From Nitrospirota bacterium (GTDB taxonomy: Bacteria > Nitrospirota > Thermodesulfovibrionia > Thermodesulfovibrionales > Dissulfurispiraceae): DNA of 64,000 nucleotides. Of the stretch, positions 27,512-37,570 are shown in pieces. The translations under genes and the position numbers were made by a program. Position 1 is the stretch's first letter; each line of letters opens with the position of its first letter. The notes beneath the pieces were generated by a model that was given only the letters and a program-made list of their open reading frames with translations, ran no database searches and had not been told where the DNA came from. The stretch spans positions 9,600 through 73,599 of the forward strand of contig WSNO01000008.1 in NCBI GenBank assembly GCA_009773415.1. Direction: 5' to 3'.

Positions 27512-28033
27512 TCAGAAGCCTGTTTGCTCCTGAATTCCCTGAATGATGCTGCGGCAGACCTCTTCCTGCGTTACGCCGATGCAGTTCACCGTCACATCGG
27601 CATATTTCCGGTACAAGATGAGCCGCTCTTCAAACAGTTCCGCGAAGGTCTGGTCAGGGCGTTTTGCGAGACCGCGCACTTCATAATCATTTACTCTGGC
27701 TCTGAGCGTTTCTATGTCAACATCCAGGAAAACGCAGATTCCGCTGGTTTTGAGATGGTTCATGGCAGTGTCGCTATAGACTGCGCTTCCGCCGGTTGAA
27801 ATAATGCAGTTGTCGCATGCAAGCCCCAAAAGCACCAGCTCTTCGATTTCGCGCAAAACCAGATACCCGTCGTTATCGACAATATCCTGCAGAACGCGGC
27901 CCTGTGACACCTGAATAAGAACGTCTGTGTCCACAAAGTCCTTGGAAAGCTGCTTTGCCAGAATAATGCCGACCGTGCTTTTGCCGGCACCCGGCATGCC
28001 GATGAGAATGATGGTGGACTTCTGCGGAGTCAT
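27512..28033 (-). CDS. aroK: Shikimate kinase
   Basis: It has a Walker A motif (GMPGAGKSTVG), DTD and GGSAV. Confidence 0.9.
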   Translation of the reverse strand: MTPQKSTIILIGMPGAGKSTVGIILAKQLSKDFVDTDVLIQVSQGRVLQDIVDNDGYLVLREIEELVLLGLACDNCIISTGGSAVYSDTAMNHLKTSGICVFLDVDIETLRARVNDYEVRGLAKRPDQTFAELFEERLILYRKYADVTVNCIGVTQEEVCRSIIQGIQEQTGF

Positions 28034-28410
28034 GCTCGTTTCCAGTCCTTCCGCCTTTTACCCTTCATATAAAGAATTCCGTATATCGCCGCATTTATGA
28101 GGACAACGCTGACGCCGAGAAGAATCTGAATGCTTCTTGTCAGCCCGGAAGGATAGATGATCGGCATGAGGTAATGCTCAATAAACCCGGTGGAATAGCC
28201 ACCGCCGCCGGCATGCCGCAGCGCGTTTTCAAGAGACGTGAGCGGACAGAACCAGCCGGCAAGCTCTACCATGGCACCCCACACAGCTGCAGGCAGATGA
28301 ATCCAGGCAAGCATCTTCCACCTGAGCACCAGCAGCCCGCCAAAGATGACGAACAGGATAAATGCAAAATGGAGCAGGACCACCATATCGGCAAGCAGCG
28401 TTTTCAGCAT
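28030..28410 (-). CDS. DUF2784 family membrane protein
   Basis: The pattern LLHFAFILFVIFGGLLVLRWKMLAWIHLPAAVWGAMVELAGWFCPLTSLEN matches DUF2784. Confidence 0.75.
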   Translation of the reverse strand: MLKTLLADMVVLLHFAFILFVIFGGLLVLRWKMLAWIHLPAAVWGAMVELAGWFCPLTSLENALRHAGGGGYSTGFIEHYLMPIIYPSGLTRSIQILLGVSVVLINAAIYGILYMKGKRRKDWKRA

Positions 28411-28608
28411 GCAGTCGTGTCTCCCTTTAAAAAGTTTCTATGCTCTGCCGCTTCATGAGAAGTCCGGAATAGAAAAATGAGAGGACTCTGACGTTTTCAC
28501 GAACAGGTGAATGGATGCAGGTGATGAATAATACTGCCGGGGAAGCCTGGCTTCACGATCATTTTCGCCGAGCCCCGTTTCTGAGTGCACGAAGTCCGCA
28601 TACACAAA

Positions 28609-30750
28609 TTAATCCGCGGGAATCACAAAACCGCTGCGCTTGCCCGCTGAAGAGTCTTGCCGGAGTGGGGATGAATCAATTCCCGCATCAGGGCTCTGCC
28701 AGAGGACAACCCTGTCGCATCCCTCGCTCACCGCCTGATACATGGCCTTGTCAGCTGCGCGAACAAGCGCGGTTGCTGATTCATTGCACACCGGATATGT
28801 TGCCACCCCGATACTCATGGTCACATACTTTATGCTATCAACAGATGGCGGAGAAATCTGCCGGATGTCGGTCCGCACGCGCTCCATAACAGCCAGCGCC
28901 TGACCCATGCCGGCCTGAGGCATGATCAGTGCAAACTCATCTTCGCCGAACCTTACCAGCACATCATTTATGCGAACAGCATTCTTCAAAGACATGGCAG
29001 CCTGCCGCAAAACATCAAGAGTGCGTGCATGCGCCGCTCGTCCGCCGGTCATCTGCCTGACGCCGTCCAGTCGCATGAGCGCAAGCGAAAAAGAGAGTGT
29101 GTGGCGCTTGGACCGTTTGAACTCCTCCTCAATCCTGACCTCAAAATATCGTCGGTTAAAGAGTTCCGTAACGGGATCTACAAATGCAGCATCCTTCATT
29201 TTCCTCACCTGTTCATGCTGCGCGGCAAGCTTCAGAAGAATATACATCTGGGACAGAAAGTATCCGAGAACGGTAACATCATCATTGGTAAAAGTCTTGC
29301 CCCCGACCTTGTCTGCCATGTTGAGAACGCCAATGATATCGTCCCCGCAGGCAATAGGCAGGCTGAGGCATGACGGGGTTTTAAACGATGGTTTGCCCCC
29401 ACCCGCAAAATGCTTCAATTCATCGTCGGTATTTATCAGGATGTGCTTTCCTGACTGATATGCCTTACCGGCAATGCCCTCGCCGGCACGGACAAAAACA
29501 TCCGTCATGAGCTCTTTCATGGTACCCCGCACTGCGGCAACAGACAATGAAAGGCCGTCGTCTGTCGGAAGCATAAGCGAGCACTTTTCCACCCTGATGA
29601 CACGGGCTGCCTCATCTACGATATGCTCATACAGTTCTTCGGGCGTCGAACAGTGCTGCACCATATGAGCGGTCTTCTCAAAGATGTTTTTCACCATTTC
29701 ATATCGTGCGTAATAGCCATAGGTTGCCGATCTGCTCTCAAAAACATTCGCAAGCAGCCTGCAGAGGTCAGCAATAGAATCGAAAGCATATTTTTCAAGG
29801 AGCGTATTGAACACTCCGATGATTCCGAAAAACGACTTGTCCGTGCATATCGGAAAGAGATACATCGACAGTATCTCATCATCAAAGCCTGCATGCAATA
29901 ATTCATGCGCATCCATAACCGAGAGCGGTTCTTTGGAACTCAGCACCCTGGCAACAAGCTGGTTGTCGGTCTTCAGCTGCAATTCGTCGACAAAAGCGTG
30001 TTTGCGGCCGCTCGTGCTCTCCACCGGGAAAGAGTCCTCTTTCTTGATGAATACCGCGGCACTCTCAATGGCAAATACAAATGTTGCTGCTTCAATGATG
30101 CGCTTGTACAGATCCTTCAACGGCATGTCATACCGCACTCCCGCGACGAGCCCGCTTATGACCCTCATCCAGTGCGATTGCCGCTTGAGCTCATTCTTTT
30201 CATGTCCGGTGGCAAGCATGCCGTCCAGCAGAGGACGAACGTTGTTGACGATTTCCTGCACCCGAGGAAGGGGGAGAACACGCACTCGCATGAGGTGCTC
30301 GGCAACGCTCTCATAGGAGATGCCGAAGTGAACCCCTTTTTTTACAAAAAAATCGATATAATCTTTATCGGCAATGTAAAACGCATCGGCGACAACAACA
30401 GCGTTTATGCCTTTGGAGCGGATAGGAATAAAAACGTGATACTGATCTGAAGGCCCTTGCTCAACTAGGGTCTCGTTCGTGGCCAACACCTTGGCAAGCA
30501 TCCGGGACAGAAAACTGCTCAGCAGTTGAGAACCCTTCGAATGGCTGCGAACTGCCTCAAGAACGACGTCTTCACGCGATGGCGGGATAAGCAAGCTCTG
30601 GCGGTCGTCATACAGAGAAAAACTGAGACCGGTCATCTCAGACAATGAATCAAATGCCCTTGCAAGCATTTCTGCATCGATCACATAGTTTCCCATATGT
30701 GTTATTCTCCCGTAACAGATTGTCATCGCGTCCGGACGTCTCTGCAACAT
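28609..30750 (-). CDS. Multi-sensor (GAF-containing) GGDEF-domain protein with degenerate GEDEF active site
   Basis: The C-terminal GGDEF fold (DPVTELFNRRYF...) has RIND-VLVRF-GEDEF at 28933..28947. GAF-like modules lie upstream. The start codon is uncertain. Confidence 0.85.
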   Translation of the reverse strand: MLQRRPDAMTICYGRITHMGNYVIDAEMLARAFDSLSEMTGLSFSLYDDRQSLLIPPSREDVVLEAVRSHSKGSQLLSSFLSRMLAKVLATNETLVEQGPSDQYHVFIPIRSKGINAVVVADAFYIADKDYIDFFVKKGVHFGISYESVAEHLMRVRVLPLPRVQEIVNNVRPLLDGMLATGHEKNELKRQSHWMRVISGLVAGVRYDMPLKDLYKRIIEAATFVFAIESAAVFIKKEDSFPVESTSGRKHAFVDELQLKTDNQLVARVLSSKEPLSVMDAHELLHAGFDDEILSMYLFPICTDKSFFGIIGVFNTLLEKYAFDSIADLCRLLANVFESRSATYGYYARYEMVKNIFEKTAHMVQHCSTPEELYEHIVDEAARVIRVEKCSLMLPTDDGLSLSVAAVRGTMKELMTDVFVRAGEGIAGKAYQSGKHILINTDDELKHFAGGGKPSFKTPSCLSLPIACGDDIIGVLNMADKVGGKTFTNDDVTVLGYFLSQMYILLKLAAQHEQVRKMKDAAFVDPVTELFNRRYFEVRIEEEFKRSKRHTLSFSLALMRLDGVRQMTGGRAAHARTLDVLRQAAMSLKNAVRINDVLVRFGEDEFALIMPQAGMGQALAVMERVRTDIRQISPPSVDSIKYVTMSIGVATYPVCNESATALVRAADKAMYQAVSEGCDRVVLWQSPDAGIDSSPLRQDSSAGKRSGFVIPAD

Positions 30751-30865
30751 TTTACCATTATTTCCCAGCGAATCGTACAGATTTTCCCGTTATTCGCCGA
30801 CATTTCACAGAAAATGAATGCTCCCTTCATTAACATAAGCATAATAAATAAGGTACGATAGAAGC

Positions 30866-32221
30866 ATGATAGATTCGCACTGCCATCTCGAAATGAAGCA
30901 ATTTGATGCCGATCTCCAGGCGGTTATCGACCGCGCCCGGGCAGCCGGCATCGACTACATGATTACCATTGCCTCCGACCTCAAAGGATGCGAACGTGCT
31001 GTCCGGCTTGCGGAACAACACGATTGTATTTTTGCCGCCGTCGGCCTGCATCCCCATGACGCAAAAGACTTCAGTGATGCGACCTTTGAGAGAATCAGGG
31101 CACTGTCCCGTTCCCCCAAAGTTGTAGCAATCGGGGAGATAGGCCTTGATTATTACTATGATTATTCTACCCGCGAAATACAGCGCGCAGTTTTTGCAGA
31201 TCAGCTCGCCTTTGCAAAAGAGCAGGCTCTTCCCGCTATTGTCCATAGCCGCGATGCTCAGGAAGACACGCTCCGCATCGTGGAGGTATCGGGGGTGAGA
31301 AAAGGAGTCATGCACTGCTTTTCGGGCGATGTTGCCATGGCAAAGCGTGCACTTGCCCTCGGGTTTCACATCTCCATCGCCGGGCCGGTAACGTTCCGCA
31401 ATGCCGTTGCACTCAAAGAAGTTGCAAAGATGGTTCCCGATGATTTACTGCTCATTGAAACCGATGCTCCATACCTCTCTCCGGAGCCGCTGCGCGGCAA
31501 GCGGAATGAACCGGCCTGCCTGGTGCATACTGCAAAGCATATTGCTGAACTGCGCGGCATTACCATTGAAGACCTTGATCGCCTTACGACACTGAACGCA
31601 CAACGACTCTTCGGTATCGGCAAGCTGCCCGAAGCAAAATTCACCTATGCGATTCGCGATTCGCTCTATCTGAATGTCACGAATCGCTGCACGAGCGCCT
31701 GCACCTTCTGCGTCCGCTTTCACAGCGACTTTGTCAAGGGACACAATCTCATGCTCGACAGGGAGCCGACTGCTGAAGAACTGATTGAGCAGATTGAGGA
31801 TCCCTCGAAGTATCGTGAAATCGTCTTTTGCGGCTACGGCGAGCCGTTGCTTCGACTCGATGTCGTGAAAAAGGTTGCCTCATGGGTCAAACAGAATGGA
31901 GGTTATGTGCGCATCAACACCAACGGCCAGGGCAGCCTCATCCATAAGCGCAACGTCCTGCCTGAACTTCGCGGTCTTGTCGACGTTGTGTCAGTAAGCT
32001 TGAACGCGCATGATGCTGAAACCTATGAACGCGTCAGCAGGCCGTCATTCCTCGATGCTTATGCAGGGGTTCTCGATTTCATTCGCGAGGCAAAAAACCA
32101 TATTCCTGATGTGCGGGTTACTGTTGTCACCGCTGAAGGAGTTGACATCGCTCAGTGCCAGCAGATAGCCTATGAACTAGGAGTTGCGCTGCGCGTCCGC
32201 GAGTTGGATGTGGTGGGATAG
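30866..32221 (+). CDS. TatD-family metal-dependent hydrolase fused to a small radical-SAM domain
   Basis: The N-terminal part has TatD motifs (DSHCHL, EIGLDYYY, HSRDA, HCFSG, ETDAPYL). The C-terminal ~190 aa carry CTSACTFC (CxxxCxxC, 31688..31711) and GYGEPLL. Confidence 0.85.
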   Translation: MIDSHCHLEMKQFDADLQAVIDRARAAGIDYMITIASDLKGCERAVRLAEQHDCIFAAVGLHPHDAKDFSDATFERIRALSRSPKVVAIGEIGLDYYYDYSTREIQRAVFADQLAFAKEQALPAIVHSRDAQEDTLRIVEVSGVRKGVMHCFSGDVAMAKRALALGFHISIAGPVTFRNAVALKEVAKMVPDDLLLIETDAPYLSPEPLRGKRNEPACLVHTAKHIAELRGITIEDLDRLTTLNAQRLFGIGKLPEAKFTYAIRDSLYLNVTNRCTSACTFCVRFHSDFVKGHNLMLDREPTAEELIEQIEDPSKYREIVFCGYGEPLLRLDVVKKVASWVKQNGGYVRINTNGQGSLIHKRNVLPELRGLVDVVSVSLNAHDAETYERVSRPSFLDAYAGVLDFIREAKNHIPDVRVTVVTAEGVDIAQCQQIAYELGVALRVRELDVVG

Positions 32222-32293
32222 ATTCGTCGGAGGCTTCCCGCCTGACTCGTGAGAGGGTGTCTGAACAGTTGCTTTTTGCTGAAGGAGGAAACC

Positions 32294-32592
32294 ATGAAAA
32301 AAAATCTGTTTCTTGCTCTGGCCTTTTTCGTTGCGCTGTTGCTGCTCATGGTTGCCGGATGCCAGAAAGCCGCGGAAAAAGCGGCCGAAGTGAAAGACAA
32401 GGTAATGGAGAAAGCTGACGAGACAAGCTGGCTGATGAAAAGATGAAAGGCGCCGCGGAAAAAGCGGCCGAAGTGAAAGACAAGGTAATGGAGAAAGCTG
32501 ACGAGACAAAAAAGCTGGCTGATGAAAAGATGAAAGGCGCTGCGGAAAAGGCTGGAATAGCTCCAAAGAAAAAAGCAGCAGAAGGCTGCTGA
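32294..32592 (+). pseudogene. Repeat-containing K/A/E-rich lipoprotein, apparently frameshifted (ORF1 32294..32446, ORF2 32443..32592)
   Basis: It has a GAAGGAGGA RBS and a signal peptide with a VAGC lipobox. The reading frame breaks inside the first copy of an 87-nt repeat, which has AA (32425..32426) where the second copy has AAAAAA (32508..32513). Confidence 0.6.
32369..32552 (+). repeat. Tandem repeat, period 87 nt (29 codons), about 2.2 copies; first copy is 83 nt
   Basis: GCCGCGGAAAAAGCGGCCGAAGTGAAAGACAAGGTAATGGAGAAAGCTGACGAGACAA... starts at 32369 and again at 32452, with a partial third copy from 32539. Confidence 0.85.
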
Positions 32593-32631
32593 CAAATACC
32601 GGTTCCTCACGGGCTTGTGCTGGAGCCGAAC

Positions 32632-33264
32632 TTAAATCATGCCGAGTAGCGCAAGCCCGTCTTTCAGGAACAGCGCTGCGAAAACCAGAAGCATGATGCC
32701 CATGACTCTCAGCGCATATATGTATGTTTTACTTGTCATGAAAGTCTTGAAATGCTCGACAATAACTGCCAGCAACATCTTTATCACCACAAGAAAGAAA
32801 AAGAACGTGCCGATAAATCCGGCCGCGGCAAGCCAGCTGACGGCATATCCGTTCAGCACCGTCGGTCCGCCGACCGTTGCCCAGAACAGGTAGGGATTCG
32901 GGTTCAGAAAATTTGTTATGATGCCTTTCCTGAGCGAATCCGGCTTCACGGACTGAATATTCAGCTCAACTCCCTTTATCGAAAGCATTCCACAGGCAAG
33001 CCGCACCAGAAAAAGCGCTCCCAGCAGAGAAATGAAGCCGAGCACTATCGTGAGCTCCGATATTTTCGCGAGCACGAAGAGAACGCCGAGAATGATAGGC
33101 ACATCCGTAATTATCGGCACCGCGGCGACAATGGCGCCCTGCCGCTTGTTATGCTGAAGCGTTTCGGTTATGACAAGGGTTGTGAGCGGGCTCGGCATAA
33201 AACCGGCGATTACTCCCAGAAAAAAGCCTGAAGTCACATACGGCAGGGCTTCAGTCAAGAGCAT
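32632..33264 (-). CDS. LysE/RhtB-family amino-acid exporter
   Basis: It is ~210 aa with 6 TM helices, a G..LG...GP N-terminal pattern and NPNPYLFW. Confidence 0.8.
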   Translation of the reverse strand: MLLTEALPYVTSGFFLGVIAGFMPSPLTTLVITETLQHNKRQGAIVAAVPIITDVPIILGVLFVLAKISELTIVLGFISLLGALFLVRLACGMLSIKGVELNIQSVKPDSLRKGIITNFLNPNPYLFWATVGGPTVLNGYAVSWLAAAGFIGTFFFFLVVIKMLLAVIVEHFKTFMTSKTYIYALRVMGIMLLVFAALFLKDGLALLGMI

Positions 33265-33271
33265 GTATTTT

Positions 33272-34402
33272 CTACGCCTGCTCGACTGCCCTGAGCATGC
33301 GGACTTCGCGCGGCAGAATGTCGAGCACGTAATCGATATCCTCTTCGGTCACCTGCTTGCCGAGCGAGAGCCGGAGAGAACCGGAAATCGCGTCAAGAAC
33401 ATGAGAAGGACCGGTATTGGAAGCGCTGCAGGCGGAGCCGGTCGAACAGCCTATTCCTGCAGCGTTTAAACCGCGCAGCAACCGCTCACCCTGCACATTG
33501 CGGAATGACAGGTTGACGTTGCCCGGCAGCCGCTCTGTCGGATGGCCATTCAGCTGGGCACGCCTGATCTTGCCAAGCACTCCGTCAATCACCTTTGTGC
33601 GCAACCTCGTCAGGTGCTGCATTTCTGCCGCTTCCCCGCGCTCGGCAATCTCCACAGCCTTGGCGAAGCCGACGATGCCCGGAACATTATGCGTCGACGC
33701 CCGCCGGTTTTTCTCCTGCGATCCGCCATGCATGAAGCGGCCTATCTTCGATCCCTTCCGGATATACAGCAAGCCTGCACCCTTGGGACCGTAAAACTTG
33801 TGGGCTGAGGCGCTGAGGAGATCTACCATGAGGTCGTCGGCATTGACCGGGATATGACCGAAGGTCTGCACCGCATCGGTATGAAAGAGAACGCCTCGTT
33901 CCCGGGCAATACCGCCAATCTCGGCAATCGGCAGAATAGTGCCTATCTCGTTATTGGCGTGCATGACAGATATGAGAATTGTCTGCGGCGTAATTGCCTT
34001 CCTCACCGCATCGGGATCGACCATGCCGCTTCCGTCAACCGGCAGGCGGGTAACGGAAAAACCCTGCCGCTCCAGAAAGACGCAGGGGCTGAGAATGGCA
34101 CGATGCTCAATGGTCGTTGTGATAATGTGATTGCCGCGACCTCTGGCGGCAAATGCAGCCCCCTTTATTGCCGCATTGTTGCTTTCGGTGCCGCCGCTCG
34201 TAAAGACGATCTCGTCCGGCTTCGCACCCAGAAAACGGGCAACTGTATCACGGGCGCCATCCACTGCCGTTGCTGCCGACCTTCCGAAATCATGCACACT
34301 GAGTGGATTTGCAAACACATAGGTAAAATACGGCAGCATCGACTGCACGACCTCAGGGTCAGCGGGCGTCGTGGCAGCATAGTCGAGATAAACCTTTCTC
34401 AT
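33272..34402 (-). CDS. nifS: Cysteine desulfurase (NifS/IscS family, class V aminotransferase)
   Basis: It has YLDYAATTP, the PLP lysine in SASAHKFYGPKG and the catalytic loop STGSACSA. Confidence 0.9.
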   Translation of the reverse strand: MRKVYLDYAATTPADPEVVQSMLPYFTYVFANPLSVHDFGRSAATAVDGARDTVARFLGAKPDEIVFTSGGTESNNAAIKGAAFAARGRGNHIITTTIEHRAILSPCVFLERQGFSVTRLPVDGSGMVDPDAVRKAITPQTILISVMHANNEIGTILPIAEIGGIARERGVLFHTDAVQTFGHIPVNADDLMVDLLSASAHKFYGPKGAGLLYIRKGSKIGRFMHGGSQEKNRRASTHNVPGIVGFAKAVEIAERGEAAEMQHLTRLRTKVIDGVLGKIRRAQLNGHPTERLPGNVNLSFRNVQGERLLRGLNAAGIGCSTGSACSASNTGPSHVLDAISGSLRLSLGKQVTEEDIDYVLDILPREVRMLRAVEQA

Positions 34403-34403
34403 G

Positions 34404-36086
34404 CTACCTTGTCAGGTGCCGGTATTTGATGCGGTGAGGCTGATCAGCCGCAGCGCCGAGACGGGTCTTTCTGTCAGCCTCATATTCTGTATAGTTGCCG
34501 TCAAACCAGCAGACCTTGCTGTCGCCTTCGAAAGCGAGGATGTGCGTGGCAATGCGATCGAGAAACCAGCGGTCATGGCTGATAACAACCGCGCAGCCCG
34601 CAAAATTTTCGAGCGCCTCTTCCAGCGCGCGCATGGTGTTTACATCAAGATCGTTTGTCGGTTCGTCCAGCAGCAGCACGTTGGCGCCTTCCTTCAGCAT
34701 CCGCGCAAGATGCACGCGATTGCGTTCTCCGCCGGAAATCATGCTGACTTTCTTCTGCTGATCCGACCCCGAGAAGTTGAATCGGGCGACATAGGCGCGG
34801 GACTGCACCTCGCGCCTGCCGAGGAAAATCATGTCTTCACCGCCTGAGATAGTCTCCCAGACAGTCTTCTCCGGGTCAAGAACATTGCGGCTTTGATCAA
34901 CATAGGCCAGCTTCACCGTCTCGCCGGTTTTGAACGTGCCGGAATCCGGAGTTTCCTGTCCGGTAATCAGACGGAAGAGCGTGGTCTTGCCCGCGCCGTT
35001 CGGTCCGATAACCCCGACAATGCCACCCGGAGGAAGTGAAAAGGTCAGCTCTTCAAATAGAACAAGATCGCCATACGACTTTGACACGCCGTTTGCTTCG
35101 ATAACAACGTTTCCGAGTCGCGGCCCCGGCGGGATATAGATTTCGAGATCCTGAGCCCTGCGCTCGCTTTCCTGACTGACCATCTGCTCATATGCCTTGA
35201 TGCGCGCCTTTGATTTTGCATGGCGGGCTTTTGGCGACATGCTGATCCACTCAAGCTCACGCTGCAGCGTCTTCTGCCGGTCGCTCTCGGTCTTCTCTTC
35301 CTGCGCAAGCCGGTTCTTCTTCTGCTCAAGCCAGGAGGAATAATTCCCCTTCCACGGAATCCCCTGCCCCCGGTCAAGCTCAAGGATCCAGCCCGCTACA
35401 TTATCGAGGAAGTAACGGTCGTGGGTTACGGCGATGATGGTTCCGGGGTAGCTCTGCAGGTGATGCTCAAGCCATGCGACCGATTCAGCATCAAGATGAT
35501 TGGTCGGTTCGTCCAGCAGCAGAATATCAGGCTTCTGCAGCAGCAGCCTGCACAGCGCAACACGGCGACACTCGCCGCCAGAGAGCACCTTGACCGGCGT
35601 ATCACCGGCCGGACAGCGGAGCGCATCCATCGCCATTTCGAGCCGGGAATCGAGCGTCCACGCATCAAGCGCTTCGAGCTTCTCCTGCACGACACCCTGC
35701 CGCTCAATAAGTCTGTTCATTTCATCGTCCGACATCGGCTCGGCAAATTTCTCATTAATTTTGTTGTATTCGTTCAGGGCATCGACAACCTCCTGAACCC
35801 CCTGCTCGACAATTTCCCGAACTGTTTTGGTATCGTCAAGCCGCGGCTCCTGCTCGAGAAGCCCGACAGTATGCCCCGGCGAAAGCACCGTTTCACCCAC
35901 AAAGTCTTTGTCCACACCTGCAAGAATTCGCAGCAGCGAGCTCTTGCCCGATCCGTTCAGGCCGAGGACGCCAATCTTCGCGCCATAGAAGTAAGACAGG
36001 TAGATATCCTTCAGCACCGGCTTTTTGTCGTAGTATTTCGACACGCCTATCATGGAATAGATAATCTTGTTCAGCTCATTGCTCAT
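34404..36086 (-). CDS. ettA: Energy-dependent translational throttle protein EttA (ABC-F)
   Basis: It has two ABC cassettes ([23 protein letters not shown] signatures), and the N-terminus [21 protein letters not shown] is typical of EttA. Confidence 0.92.
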   Translation of the reverse strand: MSNELNKIIYSMIGVSKYYDKKPVLKDIYLSYFYGAKIGVLGLNGSGKSSLLRILAGVDKDFVGETVLSPGHTVGLLEQEPRLDDTKTVREIVEQGVQEVVDALNEYNKINEKFAEPMSDDEMNRLIERQGVVQEKLEALDAWTLDSRLEMAMDALRCPAGDTPVKVLSGGECRRVALCRLLLQKPDILLLDEPTNHLDAESVAWLEHHLQSYPGTIIAVTHDRYFLDNVAGWILELDRGQGIPWKGNYSSWLEQKKNRLAQEEKTESDRQKTLQRELEWISMSPKARHAKSKARIKAYEQMVSQESERRAQDLEIYIPPGPRLGNVVIEANGVSKSYGDLVLFEELTFSLPPGGIVGVIGPNGAGKTTLFRLITGQETPDSGTFKTGETVKLAYVDQSRNVLDPEKTVWETISGGEDMIFLGRREVQSRAYVARFNFSGSDQQKKVSMISGGERNRVHLARMLKEGANVLLLDEPTNDLDVNTMRALEEALENFAGCAVVISHDRWFLDRIATHILAFEGDSKVCWFDGNYTEYEADRKTRLGAAADQPHRIKYRHLTR

Positions 36087-36319
36087 CTTGAAACACTCCC
36101 TCTGTTCATATATTCAGATACATCCCAGATAATTCTTGTTGAGCTGCAGGCCGACGTGTCCGAAAGCACTTCCCCTGCACTCATTAACCCGCCATGGAGC
36201 ACGTGCAGAAACAACCCTGAAGAAACAGAGAAACACCGCTCCATGTCATCACGATGATTCTGCTTGAGAAAGGGCTTGGAGAGCTGAGGGTTTGCAGCTT
36301 CCCGCGTCCGGAAAAGCTT

Positions 36320-37570
36320 TCATTCGGATTGAAAAAAAGACACAACATCTGCTGCTGCAACTTCTCCCTGTTCGCTCTTCTTAAGATCCTTCCACTGTAG
36401 TTTGCCGGACCTGAGCTCATTCTCCCCGATGATAAGGGCAAATTCGGAGCTGAGACGGTCGGCGCGGCGGAGCTGACTCTTCAGCGAAGCGCTGCCGTAG
36501 CTCTGCTCTGCCCAGACGCCCTGCGCACGAAGCGTTTCAACGATCCTGAATCCTTCCAGTTCAGCTTCCTTGCCGAGCGTAGCGACAAAAACCTTCGGCG
36601 CACGCTGCTTTATTTCGCTCCGCTCCTTCAGCAGCGTGACGATGCGTTCCATTCCCATTGCAAAGCCGATTGCCGGCGTTGCCGGTCCGCCGAAGTCTTC
36701 AACAAGTTTGTCGTAGCGACCACCAGCTGCAACAGCCTTCTGAGCGCCGAGATGCTCGCTCGTGACTTCAAAGGTCGTTTTGGTGTAATAATCAAGCCCT
36801 CGCACAAGATTCGGATTCAGCGTATGGGGAATCCTGAACGAATTGAGAATCGCGAGCACTTCATCAAAGTGAGTCCTGCAGTCTTCGCAGAGATACCCCG
36901 CGACTGTCGGGGCGCCCTGCCTGAGCTGCCCGCACTGCGGCACCTTACAATCGAGGATACGCAGCGGATTCGTCTCATATCTTCGCTGACAGTCCGGGCA
37001 ATACTCAGAACGCCTGTCACCGAAAAAATCCAGCAGAGCACTGCGGTATGCGGGGCGGCACGCAGCGCACCCGATTGAATTGATCTCGAAATTAAGATCG
37101 CTCAGGCCGATTGCTTCGAGCAGGTTCTTGAGCATGATGATCAGCTCGGCATCCATCGAAGCAGCAGCAATCCCGAATGCTTCAGCCCCAATCTGGTAGA
37201 ACTGCCGGAAACGGCCCTTCTGCGGACGTTCGTACCGGAACATTGGTCCTGAATAGAAGTACTTCTGCGGAGACGGCATGGTGTGGAGATTCTTCTCGAC
37301 ATAACTGCGGACAACAGGAGCCGTGCCTTCCGGCCTCATGCTGACACTGCGGTTGCCCTTATCCATAAACGTGTACATCTCTTTTTCAACGATATCGGTC
37401 GCTTCGCCGATTCCGCGAATAAAAATGTCTGTCGACTCCAGAATCGGAACCCGAATCTCCTGAAAACCGTAGCGACCGAAGATTTCCCGCGCCGATGATT
37501 CCACCGACTGCCAGACAGCGATATCAGGCGGCAGGATATCCTCCATGCCCTTTAGGCCGTTATGCTTCAT
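36320..37570 (-). CDS. hisS: Histidine--tRNA ligase
   Basis: GMEDILP..WQ, FRYERPQKGRFRQFYQ and GGRYD are class II motifs. The start is chosen at MKHNGLKGMEDILP; the track ORF extends to 37600. Confidence 0.92.
   Translation of the reverse strand: MKHNGLKGMEDILPPDIAVWQSVESSAREIFGRYGFQEIRVPILESTDIFIRGIGEATDIVEKEMYTFMDKGNRSVSMRPEGTAPVVRSYVEKNLHTMPSPQKYFYSGPMFRYERPQKGRFRQFYQIGAEAFGIAAASMDAELIIMLKNLLEAIGLSDLNFEINSIGCAACRPAYRSALLDFFGDRRSEYCPDCQRRYETNPLRILDCKVPQCGQLRQGAPTVAGYLCEDCRTHFDEVLAILNSFRIPHTLNPNLVRGLDYYTKTTFEVTSEHLGAQKAVAAGGRYDKLVEDFGGPATPAIGFAMGMERIVTLLKERSEIKQRAPKVFVATLGKEAELEGFRIVETLRAQGVWAEQSYGSASLKSQLRRADRLSSEFALIIGENELRSGKLQWKDLKKSEQGEVAAADVVSFFQSE

Noticed and set aside
36087-36319. 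A 233-nt ettA leader region containing a CATGGAGC...GCTCCATG pairing. It was considered as an ABC-F-type attenuator or leader-peptide switch.
   Set aside because: There is only one 8-bp pairing with a 37-nt loop. I found no alternative pairings, leader ORF or U-tract, so support is insufficient.
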